A DNA stretch of 64,000 nt from Pseudomonadota bacterium. Lineage in GTDB: Bacteria > SAR324 > NAC60-12. Positions 28,247 to 37,140 of the stretch are shown here, piece after piece (the first letter of the stretch is position 1; each line of letters opens with the position of its first letter). Made by a program: the position numbers and the translations under genes. Location of the stretch: contig SHAT01000002.1 of the NCBI GenBank assembly GCA_004213175.1, positions 9,767 through 73,766 of the forward strand. Direction: 5' to 3'. The notes under the pieces are model-generated. The model was not told the origin of the DNA and did no database searches. It saw nothing but the letters and a program-made list of their open reading frames with translations.

Positions 28247-29797
28247 ATGCCAAACAAGGATAAAAAGACTCCTTTTACAGACAAACTGAATATACGCTAC
28301 ATTTTTGGGATGAAGTTACGTAATTTCAGACATGAAAAAGGTTATGGTCTGAAAGAACTTGCAGCACTGTCAGGATTATCCGTGTCTTATATTAATGAAA
28401 TTGAGAAAGGGAAAAAATATCCAAAAGCAGAAAAAATAATGAACCTGGCAGATGGATTAGGTGTTGGATACGACGATCTAGTATCCATCAGTATGACCGG
28501 CCGGCTTGGTAAAATCAAGGAATTGTTTTTATCTTCAACTGTATTAGGATCTTTTCCTTTTCAACTTTTTGGGATCACATTTGAAAATGTGATTGAGCTT
28601 TTTACGGCTTCACCTAAGAAAGCTGCTGCACTCATCAGTACTTTAATGGAGATTTCTAGAGCGTATGACATGAATGTTGAGCAGTTCTTTTTGGCATCTT
28701 TACGGGCTTTTCAGGAAATGCACAACAATTACTTTGAAGAATTTGAGGAACTGGCGGAAGAGTATGCAGATAAACAGAAATGGAAACGTTTCCCCCCAGC
28801 CACTCGTGAAGAACTGATATCCACACTCCGCAAAGTTCACGGTGTTGAAGCGAGAGTTGCAGATTTTTCACTATATCCGGAATTGTCCGGACAACGCTTT
28901 ATTTTCCTTCCGGGCAAACCTCCGCAATTATTGTTAAACGATCAACTCAATCACTCCCAGCATATCTATTCAATTACTTTACAAATCGGCTATTCTGAGT
29001 TGAAAATCGGCAAGCATCTCCGAACCTCTCCCTGGAAAAAATTCGGTAGTTTCGAAGAAGTTATGGATAATTTTCGAGCTTCTTATTTTGCCGGAGCATT
29101 AATGATAAATCGTTTCCAAGCAGAGAAGGAAATTCAGGAATTATTTCAGTCGAAAACATGGGATGGTGAAGCTATTTTAAAGTTACTCAAACATCATGAA
29201 GTTACTCCGGAAACATTTCTACACCGCCTCAGTCAAATTCTTCCCGGACTCTTCAAAATAAATGAGCTGCATTTTTTGCGTTTTGAACATATGATTGGAA
29301 AGAATGATATTCGATTGACCAAGGAATTGAACATGCCCAGAACTTTAGTCCCGAGTGGAGTAAGTTTAGATGAACACTATTGTCGACGCTGGTTGCCTGT
29401 ATCTTTGCTCAAAGAGTTGGAAACAGAACAGACTAAGTTGAAACCTGAAAAAATAATAATTCGTGCTCAGAGAGCACAGTTTATGGAGAGTGGTAATGAG
29501 GTACTTTTTATTTCCATAGGGCGCGCATTACGTTTGAATTCAAAAATAAACCGTTGTGTTTCGCTCGGATTGAGGATTGATAAAGCACTTAAGGCAAAAG
29601 TTAAATTTTTAAATGATCCGGAAATTCCTATAAAGGAAGTTAACCAAACCTGTGAACGCTGTCCACTCGATGAGAATCAGTGTTTAGTCAGGACTGCTCC
29701 GCACAATGTGTATACAAGAGAAAAAGAAGAAAAACTTTTAAATCAAAGACTGGAAAAACTTGTAACTGAAAATCGTAACAAAAATCTTCAGATTTAA
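28247..29797 (+). CDS. ScfR/RamB-type transcriptional regulator (HTH_XRE + ImmA/IrrE-like DUF955 + C-terminal domain)
   Basis: The N-terminal Cro/C1 HTH is LKELAALSGLSVSYINEIEKGKKYP. A central FRASYFAGALMIN motif resembles the ImmA/IrrE (DUF955) helix, with no intact HExxH. Size and architecture are like short-chain acyl-CoA regulators. Confidence 0.65.
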   Translation: MPNKDKKTPFTDKLNIRYIFGMKLRNFRHEKGYGLKELAALSGLSVSYINEIEKGKKYPKAEKIMNLADGLGVGYDDLVSISMTGRLGKIKELFLSSTVLGSFPFQLFGITFENVIELFTASPKKAAALISTLMEISRAYDMNVEQFFLASLRAFQEMHNNYFEEFEELAEEYADKQKWKRFPPATREELISTLRKVHGVEARVADFSLYPELSGQRFIFLPGKPPQLLLNDQLNHSQHIYSITLQIGYSELKIGKHLRTSPWKKFGSFEEVMDNFRASYFAGALMINRFQAEKEIQELFQSKTWDGEAILKLLKHHEVTPETFLHRLSQILPGLFKINELHFLRFEHMIGKNDIRLTKELNMPRTLVPSGVSLDEHYCRRWLPVSLLKELETEQTKLKPEKIIIRAQRAQFMESGNEVLFISIGRALRLNSKINRCVSLGLRIDKALKAKVKFLNDPEIPIKEVNQTCERCPLDENQCLVRTAPHNVYTREKEEKLLNQRLEKLVTENRNKNLQI

Positions 29798-29802
29798 AAT
29801 AA

Positions 29803-30600
29803 TCAAAGCGGATAATAGAAATTAAGATAGATCGTGTGTAATTGACTTTGTTTCAAAAAAGAAGTTGAAGCAGAAGTATTAAAAAATGGCAGCTGTTGCC
29901 CCAGTGAAAAACGATAATATATTAATAAATTTGAAGTGACGAAATAGGACACTCCGGTCTCGATTCCAAGAGCAATTTCATCTTGATAAGCATCATTACT
30001 AATGCTTCCGGCAAAACGGGTTTTAGTAAACTGAAGCCCAGCGCCATAGTGCAAATAAAAGTCACTTTTGATTTTTGGGTATTGTATGTACCATAAATTA
30101 TTTTGGATTACTTCAAGTTCCCTACCGGATTCTTCTTGATAAGTAAAAGATTCCGAGTGTTCAACAATCGAAACTTGCCTTTCATATTCTACTACCTGCT
30201 CATTCCAATAATATCCCAAATTGAATCCAATTCCATTTGCAGTACCATCTGAATCCGATATAATAATTGTTTCAGCAACTTGAAGCTTCACACTGCGAAA
30301 TCCAACACCAAAATAGAAGCCTATCCCTTGAGCGGATGTTCCAGAGACAAAAAAATCTGGTTCCTGGGTTGCGGTCCGTGCCTCTAAACTGCGCTCCTCC
30401 ATTTCACTTTGTTCGAGAGCAAGCTGTGTCTGCGCATCTAACTCTCCTACAAAAATAATAAAACAGCAAACATTTATCAAGAACAGAACTGATTTGGAAA
30501 TCGCCTGGTTCATAAAATTCTTTAATGCAGATGAGTATCTGTTGTTTTTCATATCATTATTCCATATCTGGTAATATTTGTTCCGGAATAGAGATACCAC
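29803..30600 (-). CDS. Putative outer-membrane beta-barrel protein
   Basis: Signal-like hydrophobic segment, alternating amphipathic strands and an aromatic-rich C-terminus (LNFYYPL). The true start is probably an internal Met (MKNNRY... or later), because the annotated N-terminus overlaps lptD. Confidence 0.4.
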   Translation of the reverse strand: MVSLFRNKYYQIWNNDMKNNRYSSALKNFMNQAISKSVLFLINVCCFIIFVGELDAQTQLALEQSEMEERSLEARTATQEPDFFVSGTSAQGIGFYFGVGFRSVKLQVAETIIISDSDGTANGIGFNLGYYWNEQVVEYERQVSIVEHSESFTYQEESGRELEVIQNNLWYIQYPKIKSDFYLHYGAGLQFTKTRFAGSISNDAYQDEIALGIETGVSYFVTSNLLIYYRFSLGQQLPFFNTSASTSFLKQSQLHTIYLNFYYPL

Positions 30601-33211
30601 CTAAGTTAATGTAGGCGTAAAGGGTACGGTCAATATATTCTTGTTCAAGTCCGCTGTTTGATTCTGTTATGCCTACATCTTCTGTGAGAGCAAGACGGAT
30701 ATCCCAGCATTCAGGTCGGTAATCCAGTGTGAAAGCACTTGAACTTAGACGTCGTCGAAAGGTATAACTGTCTGCATCTAAATTGACAGTCCCGGAAAAC
30801 CCAAAAGCCAGTTCGTCACTTGCTTCAAAGCTGTTGCTGAAACCAAATGTGTTAGCTGCAGCAACATCATTACCAAAAGGTGTTTGATAAGCTTCTTCAT
30901 TGTTACGAAAATTTACAGACGCTTTGTTGTGTGCACTCAACCCTACACTTACTTCTAATGAATATTCTACAACCCGCCTCTTCTGATGGTGGTAGCGATT
31001 AAAAAGATTTATTGAAAATGTGCTACCGGGTCTGAAATTTAAGATAGTTCGCAGGGGTAATAAGGGTTGATTTGAATCAGTCTCATTACCTTTAACTGAA
31101 GGACCTACAGGCTGAAAATAGGGATCTTTTTTGAAAAAGTCATAATGCTGGACAAAATTTAAATTGGCGAGATTCCGACTTTTTCCTTCACGCGTTTGAA
31201 CACCAGCTTGACTGTTCAACATAGGTATTACACCTTTCTCCGCATATCCTAGAATGGAGTCTATTTGCTGAGCACTTAATTCCCCCCCAAACAACCTGTC
31301 TAACTTCTCAATAAATAATTTTTCAGAACCTAATTCCTGGCCTAGAATCTGTTCTAATTTTCGAATTAAGACTGGATCCAGTTGATTTCTTCTCATTCTG
31401 TCCAATGAAAGCGATGTTAATTTAATTCTTCGTTCAAAGAAACGACGTTTGACGAGAAGTACATTTTCTATGCGTAATGTTGCAAGTCTACGTGTAGAAA
31501 TTGTTCCTCCAAATGGAACTCCGGAATCAGATATTTGCAAGACATCTTCGATATATTCGTATTGAAGGCGTGGTTTTATCAAGTGCTTGAAACGACTGTA
31601 AATTCCCGAATCTGTTTTAAAATTCCGGGACAAAGTTGTGTTGATTTCAGCTTTACCGTCCAAAATATTGAAGCCATAAGCATCTTCACTTCCGGGCACA
31701 TCCGAATCACGAACTTTGTAGCTGGATATTTTTTCCCCTACTTCAAGGCTAACGTTATAATGTTGAAAAAGAGGAAACTGAAAATTCAATCTGGGAGTGA
31801 CATTTACTCCTTCACCATTGTAACCCTTTACTCTGAAATATCGTACAGCAGATCCACTCAGCGAGCTGGTCAAAGTTGATTTTTCAGATCGCCATAAAGT
31901 ATCACTAAATTGAAATGAAAAAGCCGGTAGGTATTGAATTTGTGTGAGATCAATTTTTCGATTCAAAATAGCCAATTCACTAAAGATCCGTGTTTGAGTT
32001 GCAGAAAATGTGACACTTCCTTTTGAAAACTGCCTGTTGATATTTACCGAAAATTGCTGTGCGGTATTAGGGTCTGGACTTTCAATCAGTTCATATTCCT
32101 TTTGAAACTGACTGTCACTGTAAACCAGCGCAGAAGTAATCAGTCTACTTTGTCCATCTAATTGTTGATTGTGATTAAATTCAAATTTGAAACGCTGCGG
32201 TTTTAATTCTGAAGATTCTATCTCCTGAGGGCTTAGACTTCCTGATTCATTTAAAGGTGAACGAGGATCCCGTTCAAAAAATTGCTGAAATTTTATTTCA
32301 CCACGCATTCCCTCTTTCCAGGCATATTGATAATCCAGACGAAATCCTGGACCGCGAAGCTCCACCCAATCATATGTAAATGTCAAATCCTGTTCCTGAT
32401 CAATATTCCAAAAATACGGAATCCCAATTCGGTAACCCAGATCAAATTTTTTCAGACTACTACGGACTAAGAGATATTCCGGAGGAAGGAAGCCTGACTG
32501 ACGACGTTTAACAGTCGGCCAAGCAAGATAGGGGAAATAAAAAACTGGAACTCCACCTACTCTTAAAGTAGAACTGCTCGATGATGAGAAATTTTGTGCA
32601 TAATATTTTACCTCACTGCCAGTGACCTTCCATGCCGGAGATTTCGGATTACAAGTAGTAAATGTACAAGTTTTTGCAACATATTCGCCTTTATCTAACC
32701 TATGGACTTCCTTCGCGGTCATGTATGCTTTGCTTGAGGCATCATAAAAAATGGCTCCTCTAAAAACTCCTGTTCCGTCTTTAATGTTGATTTCTAACTC
32801 ATCCATCACCGCGATAACTTCACCTTCTGTCACTCTGACATAACCTTTTGCAGTTAATTTGTTTTTTCCCGGGTGATATAATATTTCCGTACTTTCAACT
32901 GATATTTCCTCCCATTCAACTTTTGCGTTGCGGTAAAGATATGTCCCTGCATCAGGATTGTGTAAGTAGGATTGTGTCTGAATTGAAAGTTCCGGAACAT
33001 CCAATTCTACTTGCGCAAATCCTTGAATAGGTATGGAAGCAATGAACCCCAGTATCAAGATAATAACACTTATGAAATAGTTCAAAATATCAAATAAATA
33101 AACTACTTCACATTTGGAACCTAAATGTTCCTGATTTGTTTTTTTGTTAGTCAGTGAATGCAAGGGAATCATAATTGGCGGGAAGAAACAAAACTTAAAA
33201 CTGGCCAGCAA
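30557..33211 (-). CDS. lptD: LPS-assembly protein LptD (OstA family)
   Basis: 884 aa with an N-terminal OstA-like beta-jellyroll region and a large C-terminal beta-barrel. The start is likely at an internal Met before the signal peptide (FISVIILILGFIASIPIQGFAQ). Confidence 0.75.
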   Translation of the reverse strand: MLASFKFCFFPPIMIPLHSLTNKKTNQEHLGSKCEVVYLFDILNYFISVIILILGFIASIPIQGFAQVELDVPELSIQTQSYLHNPDAGTYLYRNAKVEWEEISVESTEILYHPGKNKLTAKGYVRVTEGEVIAVMDELEINIKDGTGVFRGAIFYDASSKAYMTAKEVHRLDKGEYVAKTCTFTTCNPKSPAWKVTGSEVKYYAQNFSSSSSSTLRVGGVPVFYFPYLAWPTVKRRQSGFLPPEYLLVRSSLKKFDLGYRIGIPYFWNIDQEQDLTFTYDWVELRGPGFRLDYQYAWKEGMRGEIKFQQFFERDPRSPLNESGSLSPQEIESSELKPQRFKFEFNHNQQLDGQSRLITSALVYSDSQFQKEYELIESPDPNTAQQFSVNINRQFSKGSVTFSATQTRIFSELAILNRKIDLTQIQYLPAFSFQFSDTLWRSEKSTLTSSLSGSAVRYFRVKGYNGEGVNVTPRLNFQFPLFQHYNVSLEVGEKISSYKVRDSDVPGSEDAYGFNILDGKAEINTTLSRNFKTDSGIYSRFKHLIKPRLQYEYIEDVLQISDSGVPFGGTISTRRLATLRIENVLLVKRRFFERRIKLTSLSLDRMRRNQLDPVLIRKLEQILGQELGSEKLFIEKLDRLFGGELSAQQIDSILGYAEKGVIPMLNSQAGVQTREGKSRNLANLNFVQHYDFFKKDPYFQPVGPSVKGNETDSNQPLLPLRTILNFRPGSTFSINLFNRYHHQKRRVVEYSLEVSVGLSAHNKASVNFRNNEEAYQTPFGNDVAAANTFGFSNSFEASDELAFGFSGTVNLDADSYTFRRRLSSSAFTLDYRPECWDIRLALTEDVGITESNSGLEQEYIDRTLYAYINLGGISIPEQILPDME

Positions 33212-33432
33212 AAATTCACGTCAACACATGTGGGTGGTAATATCCTTGCCCCAATCTCAGGATAAACGAAGTCATTACCGTACTTTATATGAAATGTACT
33301 AACACATGCAAACTTATTGCATCTCCAATACCAAGTCTTTCAATTTACAAAATGCATAACATAATCTTTTTCAAATCAGATGGATTTTAATGAATTATAA
33401 TGCTATTCTGTGCTTGATTACAGAAAAATCAA

Positions 33433-34104
33433 TTGCAAAATAAAAAGCTAGTGGTGCAAATAATGAGTTTTGTCAAATTTTTTTTACTGACGATTTATAT
33501 TTTCTTTGGAAGTTTGATTATTCAGGTTCAAGAATTAAAGGCACAGGAAGGTTTATTAAAAACAGAATCTATACGTCAAAAACTCTTCAGTAGGATGGAT
33601 AACAGGAAAAAATCAAAACCACTACGTACAGGTATTGAAAATATATTGATTGGTATTTTTAGTAGAGTTACTGATTCAGAAAGTGTCTGGATACGAATTG
33701 AAAACCGCTCTGAATTTCGAAAATGGACATTCAAACTATCAAAGCAGAACCTAAATTTGCCACGACAGGAAGTACGTGTCTGGCTAAAATTTGTATCTCC
33801 AAAGCTGTCTATAAGTCACGGCAAGGAATACAATGAATGGTTCCGCAAAAAAGCTGCGTTTGAAATGCAAAAGATCTTCTACAACAGACAGGTGAGAATC
33901 AATTATGATTTCTCAGAAAAATTATTTAGGCTGGACGGAATTATCAGGTCTGGAGACACAAACATCAATATTTGGTTGATCCGAAATGGTTGGTCTTTTT
34001 ACCTACTGGGAAATGAAACTCCGCCAGAACACGAAGATATGCTGGCTGCGGAAAATGAAGCAAAACAACGGCAAGTTGGCCTTTGGAAAGCAGAGTTGCA
34101 GTAG
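33433..34104 (+). CDS. Secreted thermonuclease (SNase-like) family protein
   Basis: Signal peptide plus a staphylococcal-nuclease-like core (RINYD...RLDG...IWLIRNGW..Y...E.....AE.EAK...GLWK). Confidence 0.65.
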   Translation: MQNKKLVVQIMSFVKFFLLTIYIFFGSLIIQVQELKAQEGLLKTESIRQKLFSRMDNRKKSKPLRTGIENILIGIFSRVTDSESVWIRIENRSEFRKWTFKLSKQNLNLPRQEVRVWLKFVSPKLSISHGKEYNEWFRKKAAFEMQKIFYNRQVRINYDFSEKLFRLDGIIRSGDTNINIWLIRNGWSFYLLGNETPPEHEDMLAAENEAKQRQVGLWKAELQ

Positions 34105-34151
34105 TTTTTATTATTTTACTTTAAACCACTTAAAGACTCCAGCAAAAGATA

Positions 34152-34946
34152 TTATTCAAACTTTTGACGTCTCCAGCGGTACGGGCTGTCAACTATTACT
34201 CCCGGCAAAGTCGCTGTTTCAAGTACTTCAAGGCAATCACGGAAAATTTGTTTTTGCTGGGTCCGGTTAAATGCTTCTCCAAGTGCATGACCAAAAGGAT
34301 ATTTCAAGTGATATGTGCGTGGAGGTTTTACTGACTCAGTTATTTTGCGAACAATTGAAATTCCAACAGTAGAAACTCCTTGACGTTCTATTTCACGTTG
34401 GAGCAGACCGACCGTCTGATTGCAGATACCTCAGGCCGGAACTAGTAGAGCAATGTCAATCTGCAATTGCTTAATTTCTTTTGCCACTTCGACAGAACTT
34501 TGCTGAATTAACTTAGTCAGGTGAGGTTCTTTGATATGACCCATAAAGCTGTAGTGATAGGGACCGGAAGCTCCTATAACACCTTCTGTCTGAAGTTCAC
34601 GTAAGACCTCAAAAGGTAGAATTAAATTTGGATCACAGTCCGCATCGCGGTGGTCATAATATTTGTGAGAAATGGTTAAATCTTCCGCAGAAACGTCATG
34701 AGGGATCCTGCGGAATGAACTATCTCCATGAGGATCGTTTAATTCAAAACTTTCTTCCGTTTTCAATAGAATACCTCCGGTTGTAACAAGAGCTATTTTA
34801 CATGCTGAGAGAGGTTTCTTGAGTTTCGTCCATGGGATACTATCAAAATGCATAGCTTCGTATCTTTGTGACCAAATATTTTTAACTATTGGAATCCGAA
34901 ATAACATAACACATAATTTATCCATTAGAGTTCCTTTTCCCATCAA
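34152..34946 (-). CDS. PrdB/GrdB-family (D-proline/glycine reductase selenoprotein B-like) selenoprotein; UGA at 34431-34433 recoded as Sec
   Basis: The 171-aa track ORF ends ...ALLVPA at a TGA. The same frame continues for 92 more codons (U-GICNQTVGLLQREIERQGVSTVGISIV...QKFE) to a TAA at 34152-34154. HYSFMG and AU..C match my recollection of the PrdB Sec region (HFSFMG ... TAUCGTC). Confidence 0.75.
34404..34418 (-). promoter_or_regulatory. Putative SECIS-like hairpin 12 nt downstream of the PrdB-like UGA
   Basis: The mRNA CAGAC-GGUCG-GUCUG has a 5-bp perfect stem and an apical loop containing GGUC. The spacing fits bacterial SECIS elements. Confidence 0.4.
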
Positions 34947-34967
34947 ATCAATTATATAGTAAGTTAA

Positions 34968-35666
34968 GTGTCAGTCAAAGATAATTTAGAAAAAGTTAAA
35001 CAACAGATAACACAAGCTGCTTTTCAGTCCGGCCGTACTCCGGAAGAGATTCAATTAATTGCAGTCAGTAAAACCAAATCTGTTGAATTAATAAAGGAGG
35101 CATTATCTGCCAAACAAACTGCATTTGGTGAAAACCGTATACAGGAGGCACTTGGAAAAATTGAGGTGCTTAAAAACTCTCCTGAGGTAGAATGGCATTT
35201 GATAGGTCACTTGCAAAAAAATAAAGCTAAGTTTTGTCCGGGTTATTTTCAGTGGATCCATTCTGTTGAATCTATAGAATTAGCAAAAATATTAGAGGCT
35301 CGTTGTGATCTAACAAACAAGAATATCAATGTGCTGATACAAGTCAATCTTTCCCGTGAAGAGAGCAAATCAGGCCTGCAAGAATGGGATGAAATTTTAC
35401 GTGTTGCTGAATATATTTCTTCCGGAAGGTGGCTGAAGTTTCGTGGACTGATGACAATCCCAGCTCCAAATCTTGGAGAATTTAGAACACGCAAAATATT
35501 TGAGCAAATTCGCGAATGGCGAGATAAACTCCGGGATGAATTGGATTCTCCGGGAATTACTGAACTTTCAATGGGTATGACTGCGGATTATAATTGGGCT
35601 ATTCAGGAAGGCGCAACTATGATTCGAGTCGGAACCGCTATTTTTGGCTCGAGGGAGCAGCAGTAA
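34968..35666 (+). CDS. yggS: PLP-binding protein YggS/PLPBP family
   Basis: 232-aa alanine-racemase N-terminal-like TIM barrel (IQLIAVSKTK PLP-lysine motif, H.IG.LQ.NK). Confidence 0.85.
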   Translation: MSVKDNLEKVKQQITQAAFQSGRTPEEIQLIAVSKTKSVELIKEALSAKQTAFGENRIQEALGKIEVLKNSPEVEWHLIGHLQKNKAKFCPGYFQWIHSVESIELAKILEARCDLTNKNINVLIQVNLSREESKSGLQEWDEILRVAEYISSGRWLKFRGLMTIPAPNLGEFRTRKIFEQIREWRDKLRDELDSPGITELSMGMTADYNWAIQEGATMIRVGTAIFGSREQQ

Positions 35667-35674
35667 CAACACCT

Positions 35675-35866
35675 TCATGCCCCGTGCTGCAGTGTGTTCT
35701 GTATATTTTTCAACAGTTTGCGCTTACTGACATAAAAACACCAACTGCGACGTGCCTGCCTCCACGTTAATATAAATAATAGTATCAGCAATATACCGAG
35801 AATTGGGAAAGCAAGTAATTGATTTTCGATAATGATTTTGATCAACTCGTCTGTCTGAATGTTCAT
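35675..35866 (-). CDS. Hypothetical small membrane protein
   Basis: 63 aa with a single TM helix, in the intergenic gap between yggS and ispG. Weak support. Confidence 0.25.
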   Translation of the reverse strand: MNIQTDELIKIIIENQLLAFPILGILLILLFILTWRQARRSWCFYVSKRKLLKNIQNTLQHGA

Positions 35867-35901
35867 CTGGAATTATGATGCCTGACTGGATGTTTAAAAT
35901 A

Positions 35902-37068
35902 TTAAGCAGGATCTACCCATTTCCCGTGTTCCTGAATCAGCTCAATTAAACGCTTCACAGCTTGGACTGAGGGAATGTTACGTTCAACGCATGTTTGACC
36001 GCAGTAAAGGTTGATTTTTCCAGGGCCAGCTCCAACATAGCCAAAATCAGCATCTGCCATTTCTCCGGGACCATTTACTACACAACCCATGATTGCAATT
36101 TTTACTCCTTTGAGATGGGAGGTAAAAGCTTTTATTTGTGCTGTTGTAGTTTCTAGATCAAAAAAAGTACGTCCGCAAGACGGGCAGGAGATAAAATCTG
36201 TGTTATAAATTCTGGCGCGAGTTGACTGAAGAATCGATTGTGCCACCGGTATTTCATTTTCTGAGGCTTCGGTCAGTGAAACCCTAATCGTGTCACCCAA
36301 TCCGTCACAAAGCAAAGTTCCTATACCAACAGCGCTTTTTATTCGTCCGTCTAGTTCGTTGCCGGCTTCAGTGACACCCAAATGCAGTGGATAATACATT
36401 TCTTCTGATTCCATTGCAATTACAAGCTGCCGATAGGCTTGAATCATCACCAGCGGGTTTGAAGATTTCATTGACAGCACAGTCTCTTCGAAGTCATGTT
36501 TTCGCAGTATACGTAAAAATTCTAGTGCGGATTCAACCATACCTTTTGAGGTGTCACCATAGCGATTCATTACACGGTCTGAAAGTGATCCGTGGTTGGT
36601 ACCAACCCTCAAAGCACAACCATATTTTTTTAAATTGCTAATCAAAGGCAGTATTTTTTCTTCAACACGTGCCAATTCTTCCTGATACTGTTTATCAGTG
36701 TATTCACGGGCTTCAAATTTTTTGCTATCTACAAAATTACCCGGATTTATACGCACTTTTTCGACGAATTCACAAACATTGATCGCCAATTGCGGATTAA
36801 AATGAACATCTGCAACCAACGGCCTTTGAATTCCACGTTTCTCCATTTCAGATCGGATTGCATGCAGGCTGTCTACTGATTTTTGATTAGGAACAGTCAA
36901 ACGAATAATTTCACAATTCACTTTGTCCAAACGAGTAATTTCTGCAATACATTCCTCAATATCTGTCGTGTCGGATGTCAGCATCGACTGAATCCGAATC
37001 GGCTCAGTGCTTCCAATCTTGAGGGTACCAATTGAAACTGTGCTGGTCTGACGTCTTTTGGGGAACAA
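35902..37068 (-). CDS. ispG: 4-hydroxy-3-methylbut-2-en-1-yl diphosphate synthase (GcpE)
   Basis: 388 aa. The Fe-S Cys cluster is CPSCGR...GCVVNGPGE, and the fold is the TIM-barrel IspG type. Confidence 0.95.
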   Translation of the reverse strand: MFPKRRQTSTVSIGTLKIGSTEPIRIQSMLTSDTTDIEECIAEITRLDKVNCEIIRLTVPNQKSVDSLHAIRSEMEKRGIQRPLVADVHFNPQLAINVCEFVEKVRINPGNFVDSKKFEAREYTDKQYQEELARVEEKILPLISNLKKYGCALRVGTNHGSLSDRVMNRYGDTSKGMVESALEFLRILRKHDFEETVLSMKSSNPLVMIQAYRQLVIAMESEEMYYPLHLGVTEAGNELDGRIKSAVGIGTLLCDGLGDTIRVSLTEASENEIPVAQSILQSTRARIYNTDFISCPSCGRTFFDLETTTAQIKAFTSHLKGVKIAIMGCVVNGPGEMADADFGYVGAGPGKINLYCGQTCVERNIPSVQAVKRLIELIQEHGKWVDPA

Positions 37069-37140
37069 TTTAAGTTTTTTGTGTTGAGGATTCAGGTTAT
37101 TATTTTTGATAAATAAAAATTTCTATCACTTAATATTTTT

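Noticed and set aside
34431-34946. 171-aa track ORF taken as a complete gene
   Set aside because: The terminating TGA is followed by 92 open, family-consistent codons and a SECIS-like hairpin. It is replaced by the 34152-34946 selenoprotein model.
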